DNA of 64,000 nucleotides from Vicugna vicugna (taxonomy: Eukaryota), in assembly GCA_013265495.1 (NCBI GenBank), contig MU059972.1, forward strand, positions 265,915-329,914, written 5' to 3'. A program made the position numbers and the translations under genes. Of this stretch, positions 17,789 through 33,800 are shown in pieces. Positions within the stretch are counted from its first letter, which is position 1. Each line of letters begins with the position of its first letter. The notes under the pieces were generated by a model. It saw nothing but the letters and a program-made list of their open reading frames with translations. It was not told the DNA's origin and did not search any database.

Positions 17789-20700
17789 TTACTCTGTGGT
17801 CTGTACAGTATAGGCATCTACCGTACTGGGGTTCCTGTGTCGGTAGTAGGGGCCCCAGGCAGCTCGCTCCCAAATGGTCCTCTGCTCTTGGCTCGCTACG
17901 GAACCAGTGCTGACCAGAGTCTCCTTTGAGGCCTTGGTGATGACGATCTGTGGGACGGCAACCTTCTTTTCTGACTTGATGTCAGGTTTCTCTAGAAAGG
18001 AGAAAACATCCAGGTACTTAATACGTCTGTGGGAAAACACTTCCATAAAGCAGACAACATCTGTGTTGAGGCCAGAGCAGAAGAATTAGGTCTGTGGCTC
18101 GGGAAAAGAAACAGGCGAGGCTGAAAGCGGCCAAAAACAGAAGCGACCTTCCCAAAACTGAAACCCATTAGCAACTCAGCCATGAGGGTGGTGACGGCCA
18201 GGAGCCCTCCTTCAAGGAAAAGAACAGGAGAGACCCTTCCACCATCCATGGGGAAAGGCTGAGCTGCCGGGTGGCTCGGGTGACAGGTGCAGGGAGGAGA
18301 GAGGGACAAAGGAGAGAGACCTGGAAAAGGCAGGGTCTGCCCCCGAGGTGAAGGTTCAGAGGCACAGTTTCCAAAGAATCCTAAACCTGGTAAAAGAACT
18401 TCATCCATCAGGATGCTCCAGAAACCAACACTCTGATGTTGGCCACAGTATTTTCTCAAACTTGTTAAGATTACAAGGAACCCCTGGGACTTATGAAATG
18501 CTGAGTTTGTCAGATGTTACAAAATACAAAAGCAGAAGCTCCTTCACAGCCTCATCTCCTGGCCTGCTCCCCAGGCTGGTGAGTGTCAGGCCCCCCATCA
18601 GGCCTCCTGTGTGCACACGAGTACTAAGTTAGAATACACTGTTACCCGCTTTGTTCCCCACTCAGCACCTCACCAACTCAGTTGTACAGGGGACGAAGAG
18701 CTGCCTGTTCTCCCAGACACTGTTCTGAGCCCCAGAATAGAGACCCACAACAATTTCTGCAGCAGGTCCTCCTAGGACCTAGTTTTACTGATGGAGAACT
18801 GAGGCCCAGAGAGGTTAAGTCACCTGCCCAAGGCTGGCAGCAGAGGAGGATGCTGGGGCCAGGCAGTCTGGTACAGAGCCCTGACCTTCAGCACTGTGGC
18901 CACTACCCAGTGATCCTGGGCCTGCACTCAGCACTAAGTGCCCGTTTCATTTTTATCATTAAGCCAAATGTACATTTTATTGTATTTTGGATTTAATTTA
19001 AATTGCCATCTTTCACATTGATTTATACAAGCTTTTTACATATTAAGACTACTTAAAAGGTTATGTATATTTAATTTAAAAGTAAAACATGTTGATTTAA
19101 AATTGCACACAGAATAATAATTCTCCTCCCCAACACTCCAAGTGCACAGAAACATCTGGAGTCATACTGTGCAGGCGTGTCCTGCACCGACTGCGAGCTC
19201 GGCGGAGCTACGCGTCCATGCAGGGGCGGCCCCTCCTCCGGGGCGGCCGGGACCCAGCACGTATGGAACCAGCTCCCTTTGATGAACATGATTTAGGTTA
19301 TTTTCAGTTTTTCTTTTTAAACAGTGGTGCAGTGCACACCCTTGCAAGTGTGTATCTGCAGACTTGTGAAGGTTTCTGTCGGGTAAAAGTTACTCGGAAA
19401 ATCTGGGTAAATATTGTCAAATCATTTCCATAGAGATGATATCAACGTACATTTCCGCTACAAGGCCATAAGCAGGACACTTCCCCACACCCTCCTGTTT
19501 CTTGACAGTTTTCTGCTGCATCTTTTTCCAAGTCAAATGAGAGGGGGCATCTTCCCCCTTGCTCAGCGGCCATTGGCACTTCTGTGAATGCACGTCATTT
19601 CGCATTGTCTACTTTGACCTTTTTTGTGTGTGTATGTGAGCTTTTCTATATTTAACAAATTCACTCTTAGTGATTCACACTGCAAACAGCTCCCTGTTCT
19701 TAGCTTCACTTTACTGCTTTTTGCAGCAGATTCATCAGTCTCTTCCTTCATGACTTTTATTTATTTTTAAATTTAAAAAAATGTGTGAATGGAGGAACTC
19801 GGGATTGAACCCAGGACCTCATGCAAGTCAAGTATGTGCTCTACCACTGAGCTGTGCCCACCTCCTTCAAGGCCTTTAGAGTTTGTCGGACTGGAAAAAG
19901 GCCTTCCCTGCTCTAAAGCTACAGAGTGCTTACCCATTCCCATTTCACACTTGTGCAGTTTCACTTTCCATGTTCAACTTTTTGACTCAGAGAACTTCTG
20001 GAGTCAGGACTGTGGTGAAAACATGAAGCTTTTTGTTTTCTCAACTGGCACGCAGTGAAAATGCCATGTTCCCCTGTGCCTTCCCCGGCATCCTTCCTCA
20101 GATCCCAGCCAAACGTGACACAGCATGTCCATTATTCTGTGCGGAGGACTCAATCCCTCTGCTTTTCCACATGTTTCTGGAAACTAGTCTTATGTTTTTA
20201 TTCTTACATGAACTTTGGGATAATTGAGTCCTGTTCCCAAAAAGACCTGTGGTGTTTTGACTGGGGCACATCAATTTGATGGATTAAGGGAGAATTAACA
20301 TCTTTTCATCACTGAGGCTTTCTCGTCCAAAACAAGCCTTTTTTTCTCTTCCTCCGTTATGAAGCTTCTTCACAGAGAAACATGAAGCTTTTTAGGGTTC
20401 TTTACACACACGACCCGTGTTAGTCTTCAGTTTCTGCGTAGCAGATGACCACAGACTCGGTGGCAAACTTAAACCAGGACCAACAGCATCTCGGTCCCCT
20501 GGGTCAGCTGTCAGCCAGGCTGCATTCTCATCTGGACCTGGGGACCCTCCACACCCATTTGGGGGTAGGCGGAATTCATTTCTTTTGGGTCAAGGACGAA
20601 GCCCTCACTTTCTTGCTGGCTGCTGGCTCTCACAACTGGTAACTGACTTCCTTTAAAATTGTTTTTAATTGAGGTATAATTGATGTGGTAGGTGATTTCT

Positions 20701-22296
20701 TCACAGCCACCCCTCTGACACTCTTGCCTTTCCTCTGTTAATGGTCCTCCTAACAGGGCAGGTGCACTCAGGGTGATCCCCATTCTAAGCCAAAGCCAGC
20801 TGACTAATAGCCTGGTCGCAGGAGAGGCATCCCACCCTCTGCACAGGCCCTGCCCACCCGTAACTGCCCCTGCTGGTCACAGCACAGCCGTCCTAGGGGC
20901 CCTCCCACATTACCAAACTGCCTTCAACAAGGTCCTCCCACCAGCAATGTGTCAGGGCTATTGACCTGTCACATGTTAGTCAATCTCTTGCCTCTAAGTT
21001 TTGTTGCAAATATTTTTTTGAGCTTTACCATTTGTCTTACACTTACCCGTGGAGCGTGTGGGGAGATGTTTTACATTTTAATGTGGACAATTAAAATGTG
21101 GTCGATTAATGTGGAAACCATATATGTCCTGGCTCCGTCCTTCACCACGCCCCCCCCCATCTTATCAGACAGCAGGTTCTGCTGGTTCTCCCTCCTGGAT
21201 CCTTCTGGATATGCCTCCTGCCACCACCTCGTTCGTTCCTGCCCAGGTACAGCAATGGGCCTTGCTGCCCCTAAGGGCCTCTATTCTAGAGACAAACGTT
21301 TCCAATGCACCAATCCAACATACTTCCCTTGTTTTAATGATTCAGCCATTCCGTTTCCACCACTCACATGAGGAAACTGATAAAAGATTTCATCTTCTGT
21401 GGCTTCAACCCTGACCCACCCCCAGAGGCCTGACCACACTGGGCTGTTACAAAGTGAGTAATTCTGCCACCTGTCCCATCATTTTGTCCCTCCGCCCTCT
21501 ACTTCCTCGGGATCACTGTGTCAAGGAGAATGCTCCCACCTCCCTCTGACACAGGACCTACTCCACACCGGGGCAGCCTGCGGAGTTCGAGCCTGCGGGA
21601 TGCGGCCAGAGACATGCACCCTGGGGTGATGGGGTGGCTTCCTGTCTGCACACGGTTAAGCTCCTCCTGACTGCATGTTATGCAGCTGCCACCCGGGAAC
21701 TTTTACTGAACTTACATCTTCCACCTAGAATTCTGGATATTTACCTCCCAGATAAAGGTCCTAAAACCCCTTCCACCGTTAGGGCATGGCCCCTGCTCTT
21801 AGCATCCTCTCACTTAGGCTCCTGTCCACCCCATCCTCAAACTACCTGAAGTCGCACACCTCAGGTTCTGGCCCCTCCGGGGCGTGTCCTACCTTCGACT
21901 TCAGATGAAGGCCACTGCCGTTCGGCCGCCTCTTTCTTCTGAAGTAAGCTCTCTGCAGGCTTCACGTCTCGGGGCTTCTCAGGCTCCTGGCAAGGCCTGT
22001 CCATCGACCTCTCGTTCTTTGACTCCTCACCTGAAATATGTGAATAATGAATTAGACTCTAGGGCAATGGATTCCATCCTTCTTCGGTGCCTGCTTTGGT
22101 CCAGAACGAAGTAAGACAGCCTGAAGGACCTGGGTCACTCCATTTCCCTAAAGGTAGGCATTCAAAGATGCAGCAGCAGGGCTGTCCGAGAGGACCCGGC
22201 GCAGGAGGACTTGCGAGGGCGGCGCGGCGCCCGAGAGACGGCAGGCCGGCGCCCTTTACCTTTCCCGGGCTTGCGTTTGCTTTTGGAAAGCCCCAT
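17789..22296 (-). CDS. SPATA33: Spermatogenesis-associated protein 33, 125 aa: complement(join(17789..17991,21893..22030,22260..22296))
   Basis: MGLSKSKRKPGK|GEESKNERSMDRPCQEPEKPRDVKPAESLLQKKEAAERQWPSSEVE|EKPDIKSEKKVAVPQIVITKASKETLV...WGPYYRHRNPSTVDAY...*. Phase-1 GT-AG introns; 378 nt in frame; syntenic position. Confidence 0.92.
18740..18890 (+). mobile_element. MIR SINE fragment
   Basis: ttttactgatggagaactgaggcccagagaggttaagtcacctgcccaagg is the MIR core. Confidence 0.75.
19060..19750 (-). mobile_element. Old L1 3' fragment, antisense
   Basis: ggagtcatactgtg, gatttaggttattttcagttttt, aaatattgtcaaatcatttcc and acatttcc resemble the antisense L1M 3' end. Confidence 0.55.
19755..19865 (-). 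mobile_element. tRNA-derived SINE (same family as 10678)
   Basis: Plus strand reads gggattgaacccaggacctc...ctctaccactgagct (reverse-complement B and A boxes), preceded by a T-rich tail. Confidence 0.8.
20417..20630. mobile_element. MLT1-type LTR fragment
   Basis: gtagcagatgaccacagactcggtggc...ggctgcattctcatctgga...ggaattcatttctt...ctttcttgctggctg. Confidence 0.5.
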
Positions 22297-22526
22297 AGCC
22301 GAGCGCAGCGCCCCCGCCGACGCGGCCGGGCCGCCACGACCGCGGGCGCGCTGACGCACAGAGGGCGCTGCGCGGTCACCACGGCAACGCCGCGCGGGAT
22401 CAGCCGTCCTCTCGCGAGAGGGCCCGGCCGCCGGAAGTGCCCGCCCGCCAGCGCCAGTCGGTTGGGTCGACGCCGCGGGCCTATCGCGTCCCTCCGTCTC
22501 TGCCCGGCTGCCGCCGCTGGACCACC

Positions 22527-27432
<4,906 letters not shown>

Positions 27433-28693
27433 TGCACTGCCTCCAGCCTCGTGCGGGAAGGGCCGGAAAGGACACCCCTGCCTCCCTCCCCACCGGCCTT
27501 GTCTTTCTGATGACCCCGACCCCGCAGCAGCAGCTGGCAGCCCTGCTGTTCTCGGCCCCTCACCTGCCAGGCCTGCCTGGACACCATTCCTCTTCTCTTA
27601 GCATGGGTGTGGGTCTGTGTCCTGGGGGGTGAGTTTGCACAAACTTCAGACTTCTCTGGGTAATTTCTGTGACTCTGGCCCAACCAGCTGGGAATCTGCA
27701 GGCCCCTCCACCAACCATGCTCCAAGGAGTTGCTGAGGACTGGCCAGCGGTGGCCACATGAATGTGGGTACCTGCAGACTCCAGACTCCATGTGATGGCA
27801 GGTGTGCTGTCCGTGGGGGTCAGGGCTGCTCCCCATTGCCAGGCAGCCCCCGTAGGCCCCCACTCCAGCTGGACCTCCCCCCTGCCAGCTGCCCCACCTA
27901 GCTCCCCAGTATAAGACGCCCAGTTCCAAGTCCAGGCGTGCCCACTGGTGGTCTGCATCCTCCGCCTACCACACCTCTGGAGGGCTCGGGCCCCGCAGGG
28001 GTGTCCTGTGTCTCCTCCAGGAGCCCAGAGTCTGTACTGAGGCCTCTCCTGTCACTGTAAATAATCGGGTGCCTTCCCTCGCTTGTCTGGCTCACCCTAC
28101 CTTGTGGGCTCACACCGGCTACTTGAAGCCAGAGTGGCTGCTGGGAGAGTTGCCCTTGGCGAGCAGCGGCGGCAGCTCTCCCGACACGTGCTGGGCACCT
28201 AACAGAGCTTGGGACAGGCTGCAGTTTTCTAGTTTCCTAATTCCCGAAGTTTATTTCGTTTCTTGAAGCTTCCAGGGTTTGGGGTGGGGGAGTTGTTTGT
28301 TTTGCCAAAAGAAAAGGAATGTGCAGCAGACAGGAGCTCTGGGCGTCAGCCCCTCTGCGACATCCACTGAGGAGCGCTGCATGGTCAGTGCCGGCCAGAG
28401 GCCATCTGGCATCCTCACAGTAATGGCTCACATGGATGGAGATGGAGCGCTTTCCCTGGCTCACTGTGTTTGGTGCTTCCTAGACTTGAGCCCCTGCGCG
28501 TTCGTGCAGTAAGGTGTATGGGGTGCCCGGCACTCTGGACTGTGGCATGAGACCCAAAGTGCCACCTGGCTTTTTTTCCGTGATGCCGACCTCGCCCGGC
28601 TCCCTGGCCGTGGCCCCCAGTGGATGCAGAGCTCCTCGGAGATGCCGGGTTGGGGCAGAAGCCAAGTTTGCCTTTTCCTGGAATGCTGTTGTG

Positions 28694-28699
28694 AGTAAA
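28694..28699 (+). terminator. AGTAAA variant, candidate CHMP1A poly(A) signal
   Basis: Variant hexamer about 1.26 kb after the stop. I saw no AATAAA earlier in the UTR. Confidence 0.35.
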
Positions 28700-28894
28700 A
28701 GTTGATTGCTGAGAACTTTCTCCATCTTCGCTCCGGAGCCTTGGGTGGCGTGGGAGCCTTAGCTGGGACCCTCAGTGTGCTCCACAGCCCCCCAGTAGGA
28801 GGTGAGCAGAGGTGCCTGAGGAGGACAGGAGGGGTCGTGGGAGGAATGCACACTCCCAGGCCCCTCAGACAGAGGGACTCAGATCCACAGTGTC

Positions 28895-29050
28895 AAGTTT
28901 TTATTTTGAAATAAGTGTAAACTTATGGAAAAGTTGCCAAGAACCCGGTTTCTGTGCACTCCCGCTGGCCAGCTTTCCTCACACCACTTCCTGGTTGACC
29001 GCACGTAACCGCCGAGTCAGGAAGCTGCCCTGATGTCACTAGCTCCCATT
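28895..29050 (-). mobile_element. L1MC/MD-type 3' end fragment
   Basis: tttttattttgaaataagtgtaaacttatggaaaagttgc is the characteristic antisense L1M terminus. Confidence 0.65.
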
Positions 29051-30742
29051 TCTTTGTCTCTGTGACCTGACAGTCTTGAGGCGTGCTGGCCAGTTACCTT
29101 GTACCCCTATGCATGGAAACCACGAGTCACCCTTAATCAGGTTCAGTCGGGACTCCCCCTCCTCGCTGGTAACTTCTTGGACAGTGAAAACCAGTCTTCA
29201 GGTCCTCACCTCCCTGCTGCCCACACAGAGCACTGCTGGCCACACCCCTTTCCAACCAGAGGACACTGTGCAGCCCCTGCTGTGGCCTCTCAGTGCCTCA
29301 TCGGGTCATCCTTGGTCTCACCGACGCCCCCTTCACAGCAGCTGTTAGTGTCTATGGGAGTCAGTGGTTTGTGTTCCACAGAGCACTTCCCAGCCTGACT
29401 GTCTCATGGGTGTGCCAACCAGGACCAAGGTCCTAGAGCCAGAACCTCAGCCGTGACCCTGTGCGGCTCGTCCCCAGCCAGCCTGCCGACGTGACCACTT
29501 GCGGCTCCAGGCCTCCCTGTCCCTGCTCTGAGCGCGTCTGTTTGAACCAAGTCCTAGTCTGCTTTGTTCTTCACCTGCTTTGAGAATCGCTGAGGTGGGC
29601 CCTGCCCGGGGAGACGGCCCTCCAGGTGTGGCCTCCCTCAGTGGCCCAGGCTCCACCTGCCTGGTGCTCGCCTCTGTGGAGCCCGTTACCAGGACCACCA
29701 GGAAAGGCCTGAGCATCTGCCTCTCTGAGGTTGGAATGATAGGCGAGCAGAGGAATCCCCAGATCCAGATGGATTCACTTGAGGTGTGGCCTCTGGTGTG
29801 ATTCCGTGCGCATGGGCTGGTATTTCTCATGGGAAAATACCTCCCGGTTAGCAGTTAGGCGTGCCCACCTGCGGCCTCCTGTAGCCCCACAGAAGAATCA
29901 GCTGTGGCGGGGAGAGGGGTCTGGGCAGGATTTGGCCACCTCAGGACAGAAACCCTCGACTTGCTTTTTTCTCCTGTACCATGAAATTGATCCAAGGGCC
30001 CACAGGTGTCCCTTCTGCTCACTTGAGATCTGCCTGGAGAGGGTGCCTGCTGGGAGCCAGAGGCGGGCCCACAACAGGCCCCCGACCCAGAGGCCACCAG
30101 TGGGGGCTCTCCTGCCCTCTCCGTTGTCTGCCCCCCACCCCATGAAGTCCCATCCAAAGGGACAGGCACCCAGGGGGTTCATGCTTCTTCACAGAGGACT
30201 CAGGAAAGCTAAGCAGAGGGGCGATCTCAGGGCCTCTGGTCTGGAAAGGAGCCGGCAGGGACATGTTGGGGGTCCTGTCATCTCCATACACCCACTGACT
30301 GACCAGGGGAAGGTACTGGGCCCCCTTGGGTAGCTCTGCCCTGCCGGCCCATGTTCGTGGTGTGTGAGGGGCCTTGCAGGGCTGGGCCCAGGAGAGCCCC
30401 TCGCTCCAGACCTTGCTTTCCTGTTACTCAAGAGAGGCTGGGCCAGCAGCTGGGCTGTGGGCACATGCAGTGGGGAGTAGGGGGTGTGCATTAGTGTGAG
30501 GATGTGGGTGTCTAGGTGTGCACACGTGTGTGTGCGTATATGTGCCTGTGTACAGGTGGGAGGGTGGCAGCTGGACCTGGACTGTATTGTTCAAGACCCT
30601 CCCTCCTGTGATGTCCAGGCAAAGCCCTTTCCCGACCCTGACCCCTCTGGCCCTGACCTTCAGGACTCGGGCACTCCTGTGTGTGCGTGCCCAGCCAGGA
30701 GCCCCTCAAGGACACGCCCTCAAGAGTGAAAAGGCCAGTGCC

Positions 30743-30748
30743 TTTATT
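30743..30748 (-). terminator. AATAAA, DPEP1 poly(A) signal
   Basis: TTTATT on the plus strand, about 95 nt past the DPEP1 stop. Confidence 0.8.
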
Positions 30749-30842
30749 GAGCGTCCAGCTGTGCCTGGGCTTCGTGCTGCCCCCGGGGAGCCCAGGCGCC
30801 TGCTCGGGACGGGCGGGTCCGAGTGGACAGGTCCCCGGGGTG

Positions 30843-33800
30843 TCACAGAAGACCTTGGCAGAGGAGGAGGGGCACGAGGGAGGCCAGCAGGGCCCCCGGC
30901 TGAAGGTGTTTCCCAGAGGACTTGGAGTAGCCATACTGGGTCCTGCAGGAAGGCTCCAGCTGGGTCAGCGGAATCACCTCCTCCCCGGGAGCCTGTGTGT
31001 GATTGCTCACCTGGGGACAGACATGAGTTGGCTGCCTGCCTCCAGGGTGGGGGCGGTAATGGGGGTGGATGGCCCCTCCTCACCTGCTCCACTTCCTCAA
31101 AGACTCTCAGCAGGTTGTCAGCCAGGACGCCCCTAACCTCCGCCTCTGTCCACTTCCTCCTGAGCAGCTCTGCGACCAGGTCTGGGTACTTGGACACGTC
31201 CTCCAGCCCTGAGGGGAGCCTGAGGCAAGGGTGGAGAGGGCCCAGCTCTGCATCCAGGGGGGGTCGGGGCCTGGGTGCCTGTCCACCCCCATCCCAAGCC
31301 CCAGAATCTGGTGGAGCAGTTTTCCTCAGAACACGGCCCCCTCCTCCAGCCTCTCCTGACAAATTTATCACAGGATGCACGTCTCGCCTTACCTAGAAAC
31401 ACCGTCAAAGTCCCCACCAAAGCCCACGGCTCCGGCTCCTGCCACCGCCTTGATGTGGTCCAGGTGGTCTGCGGGGAGGTGGCACATGTGGTCCCACAAG
31501 AAGCCCCTGACCCACACTGCAGACGCTCAGGCCCACCCACCTGCAACTTGGGACAAGTTGGCCTCCGCTTTGCAGGAAACGTAGTCATTGTAGAAATTCA
31601 CCATCACCAGGCTGCCTGTCTGCCTCTGCTCGGGGGAGGGGGAGAGGGGGGCTGTGGACGGGAGCAGCGAGGCACCGGGCCCACCCGGGGGCAGACTGTC
31701 GCCGCCGCCCTCACCACCAACTGGAGCACGTCGTCAGGCACGTTGCGCCGGTGCTGGCACAGCTGGTAGGCGGAGGAGTGGCTGAAGATGACGGGGGCCT
31801 TGGACAGCTGCAGGGCAGCCTTCATGGTGGCCACGGACACATGGGCCAAGTCTATGAGGACGCCCAGCCGGTTCATTTCCTTTATGACACTCTGAGGGGG
31901 ACAGGGCTCAGGGGTCACGGCCGGTGCCCTGGGACCACACAGGCTGAGCTGCGCACACTCGGGGTCACAGCCTTCTGGGGTTTGTCACGGCCCCCTGAGA
32001 GGTCCAGGCTAGAGGCTGGCCCCGGGCTGGGCCAGGTGTTAACAAACCCTCCAGTGGTCTGCCAGCTGAGGAAACTCAGGTGACAAACCCAGTCCTGTCA
32101 TCTGAGGGTGACCCTGGTCCCATCAACTCACCTGCCCGAACGATGACAGGCCTTGGCTCTGGGCCGTGTCAGTCCCCGTGTCCACCAGCCAGTTGTCGGC
32201 CCTGGGAGAGCAGACAGCGGGAGCCTGAGGGGCGAGGGGCGGAGTGGTCGTCCCAGCCCACCCGCTCCAGGACAGAGCAGGGCGGGGCCAGCATCGGCCC
32301 AGCCCACCCGGAGGCCCTCCTGGGGCTCCTTACCAGGGCGTGTTGCAGCTGTGGGTGAGGGTCAGGTACCGCATGCCCAGATGGTAGAGCGCCCGCAGGA
32401 CAGCCAGGCTGCTGTCAATGGAGTGGCCACCCTCCACGCCAACCAAGCTGGCCACCTTGCCCTCCTGGAAGGCCTGCCGGATGCCTGCAAGGAGGGTGCC
32501 TGGGTGTCCGGGGAGCCGGCGCGTGGAGACTGGCAGCGTAGCGCCAGCAGGCTCTGGGGACCCACCTGTGCTGTTGGTGACACACACGAAGGTCTCAGGG
32601 TACAGTTGGCACATGCGGTGGACGACGTCGATCTGCTCCAGCGTCCTCTTCACGGCATCTTTGTTCTGGGTGTCGCAGGGTGTGTACGCAGACCAGAACT
32701 GCGGGGCCACAGAGGGGAGGGGCTGGGAGCTGAGGAGCCAGGCCCCAGGCCCCACCTCCCACACGCAGATGGGCCTCTGGTGTCCCTTCTGTCTTGGAAG
32801 CCTTCCGCACAGCTGAGTGGCTCTTGGAATCCCCTCTAAAGGCCCAGGGAGGTACGCTGCCACCAGGGAGCGGCAGCACGCTAGCCCAGAGCCACGGGAA
32901 GGGGCGATGGACTCCAGAGTAGTCACGCTCGGGGCCAGACTGTACCTGGCCCCCCACAAAGCCGGCCTTCAGCTTGGGGATGTTGGTGTGCGTGTGGGCT
33001 AGGCTGCTCAGGTTGGCCCTCGTGTCCAGGAGCTGATTGTTGAAGCTCTTGAGCAGCTGCCAGGGCAGGTCGTTGTGCCTGGAGGGGCCAGGAGGAGGGG
33101 CCGGGGCAGGTCAGGCCAGCCCCTCTGGACCTGGGCCCTTCGTACTCTCTCCCAGGCAGGCCACCCCTCTTCTCACAGGCTGAGGACAAACAGGGTCACC
33201 AGGGTGATTAAAGTCCTCTGAACACACCTGAGCACAGGTGAGCATCTCAGCTGGGCCCCACCCCCAGGCCAGGTAACTGAGCTGAGAGCCCTAAATGGGT
33301 AGGTCTTTCCCTGCGGAAGAGGGAGGGCAGATGCTTGCTTGGCTTTGAAGTCTTCTTGGGTGCAGGGTGCTGACTTGAAGTCACCTCCATGAACAAGGCT
33401 GGTTGACATGAGGGTAGCTGGGTGTACAGTTACACCCCTGCCGGATTTCAGAGACTGAACGTGAAATTCTCATGTTTGCAGGGAGAGGGTGGGGAAGTGT
33501 GGGGCGTGGCCTACCCTTGCGGGGCCTGGCATCCCCAGTCCATCCTCCTAGGGCGGCCGTGGGAGCAGGGCATCGGTGCAGGATTTAGGGGCCCCCAGGC
33601 CTTCTGCCGCCTCTGCCCCTGGGCACAGTCCTGCACCATTGCCGTCCTTCTGAGCCCCCAAAGGGCAGGCCCTCTGAGGGTTTCCCAGGGAGGGGAGTTC
33701 TCTAGGGGAGGAGGGGAAGGAAGAAGGGGCCAGGAAGGGGGAAAACGGGGACGGGGAGGGAGGAAAGCTGTCAGCAACCAGCGAGGGTCTTCCAGGACAG

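Noticed and set aside
22297-22359. N-terminal extension of SPATA33 (MRQRARG...) shown in the ORF track
   Set aside because: It starts at GTG. The ATG at 22296 gives MGLSKS, which matches the mouse-type N-terminus.
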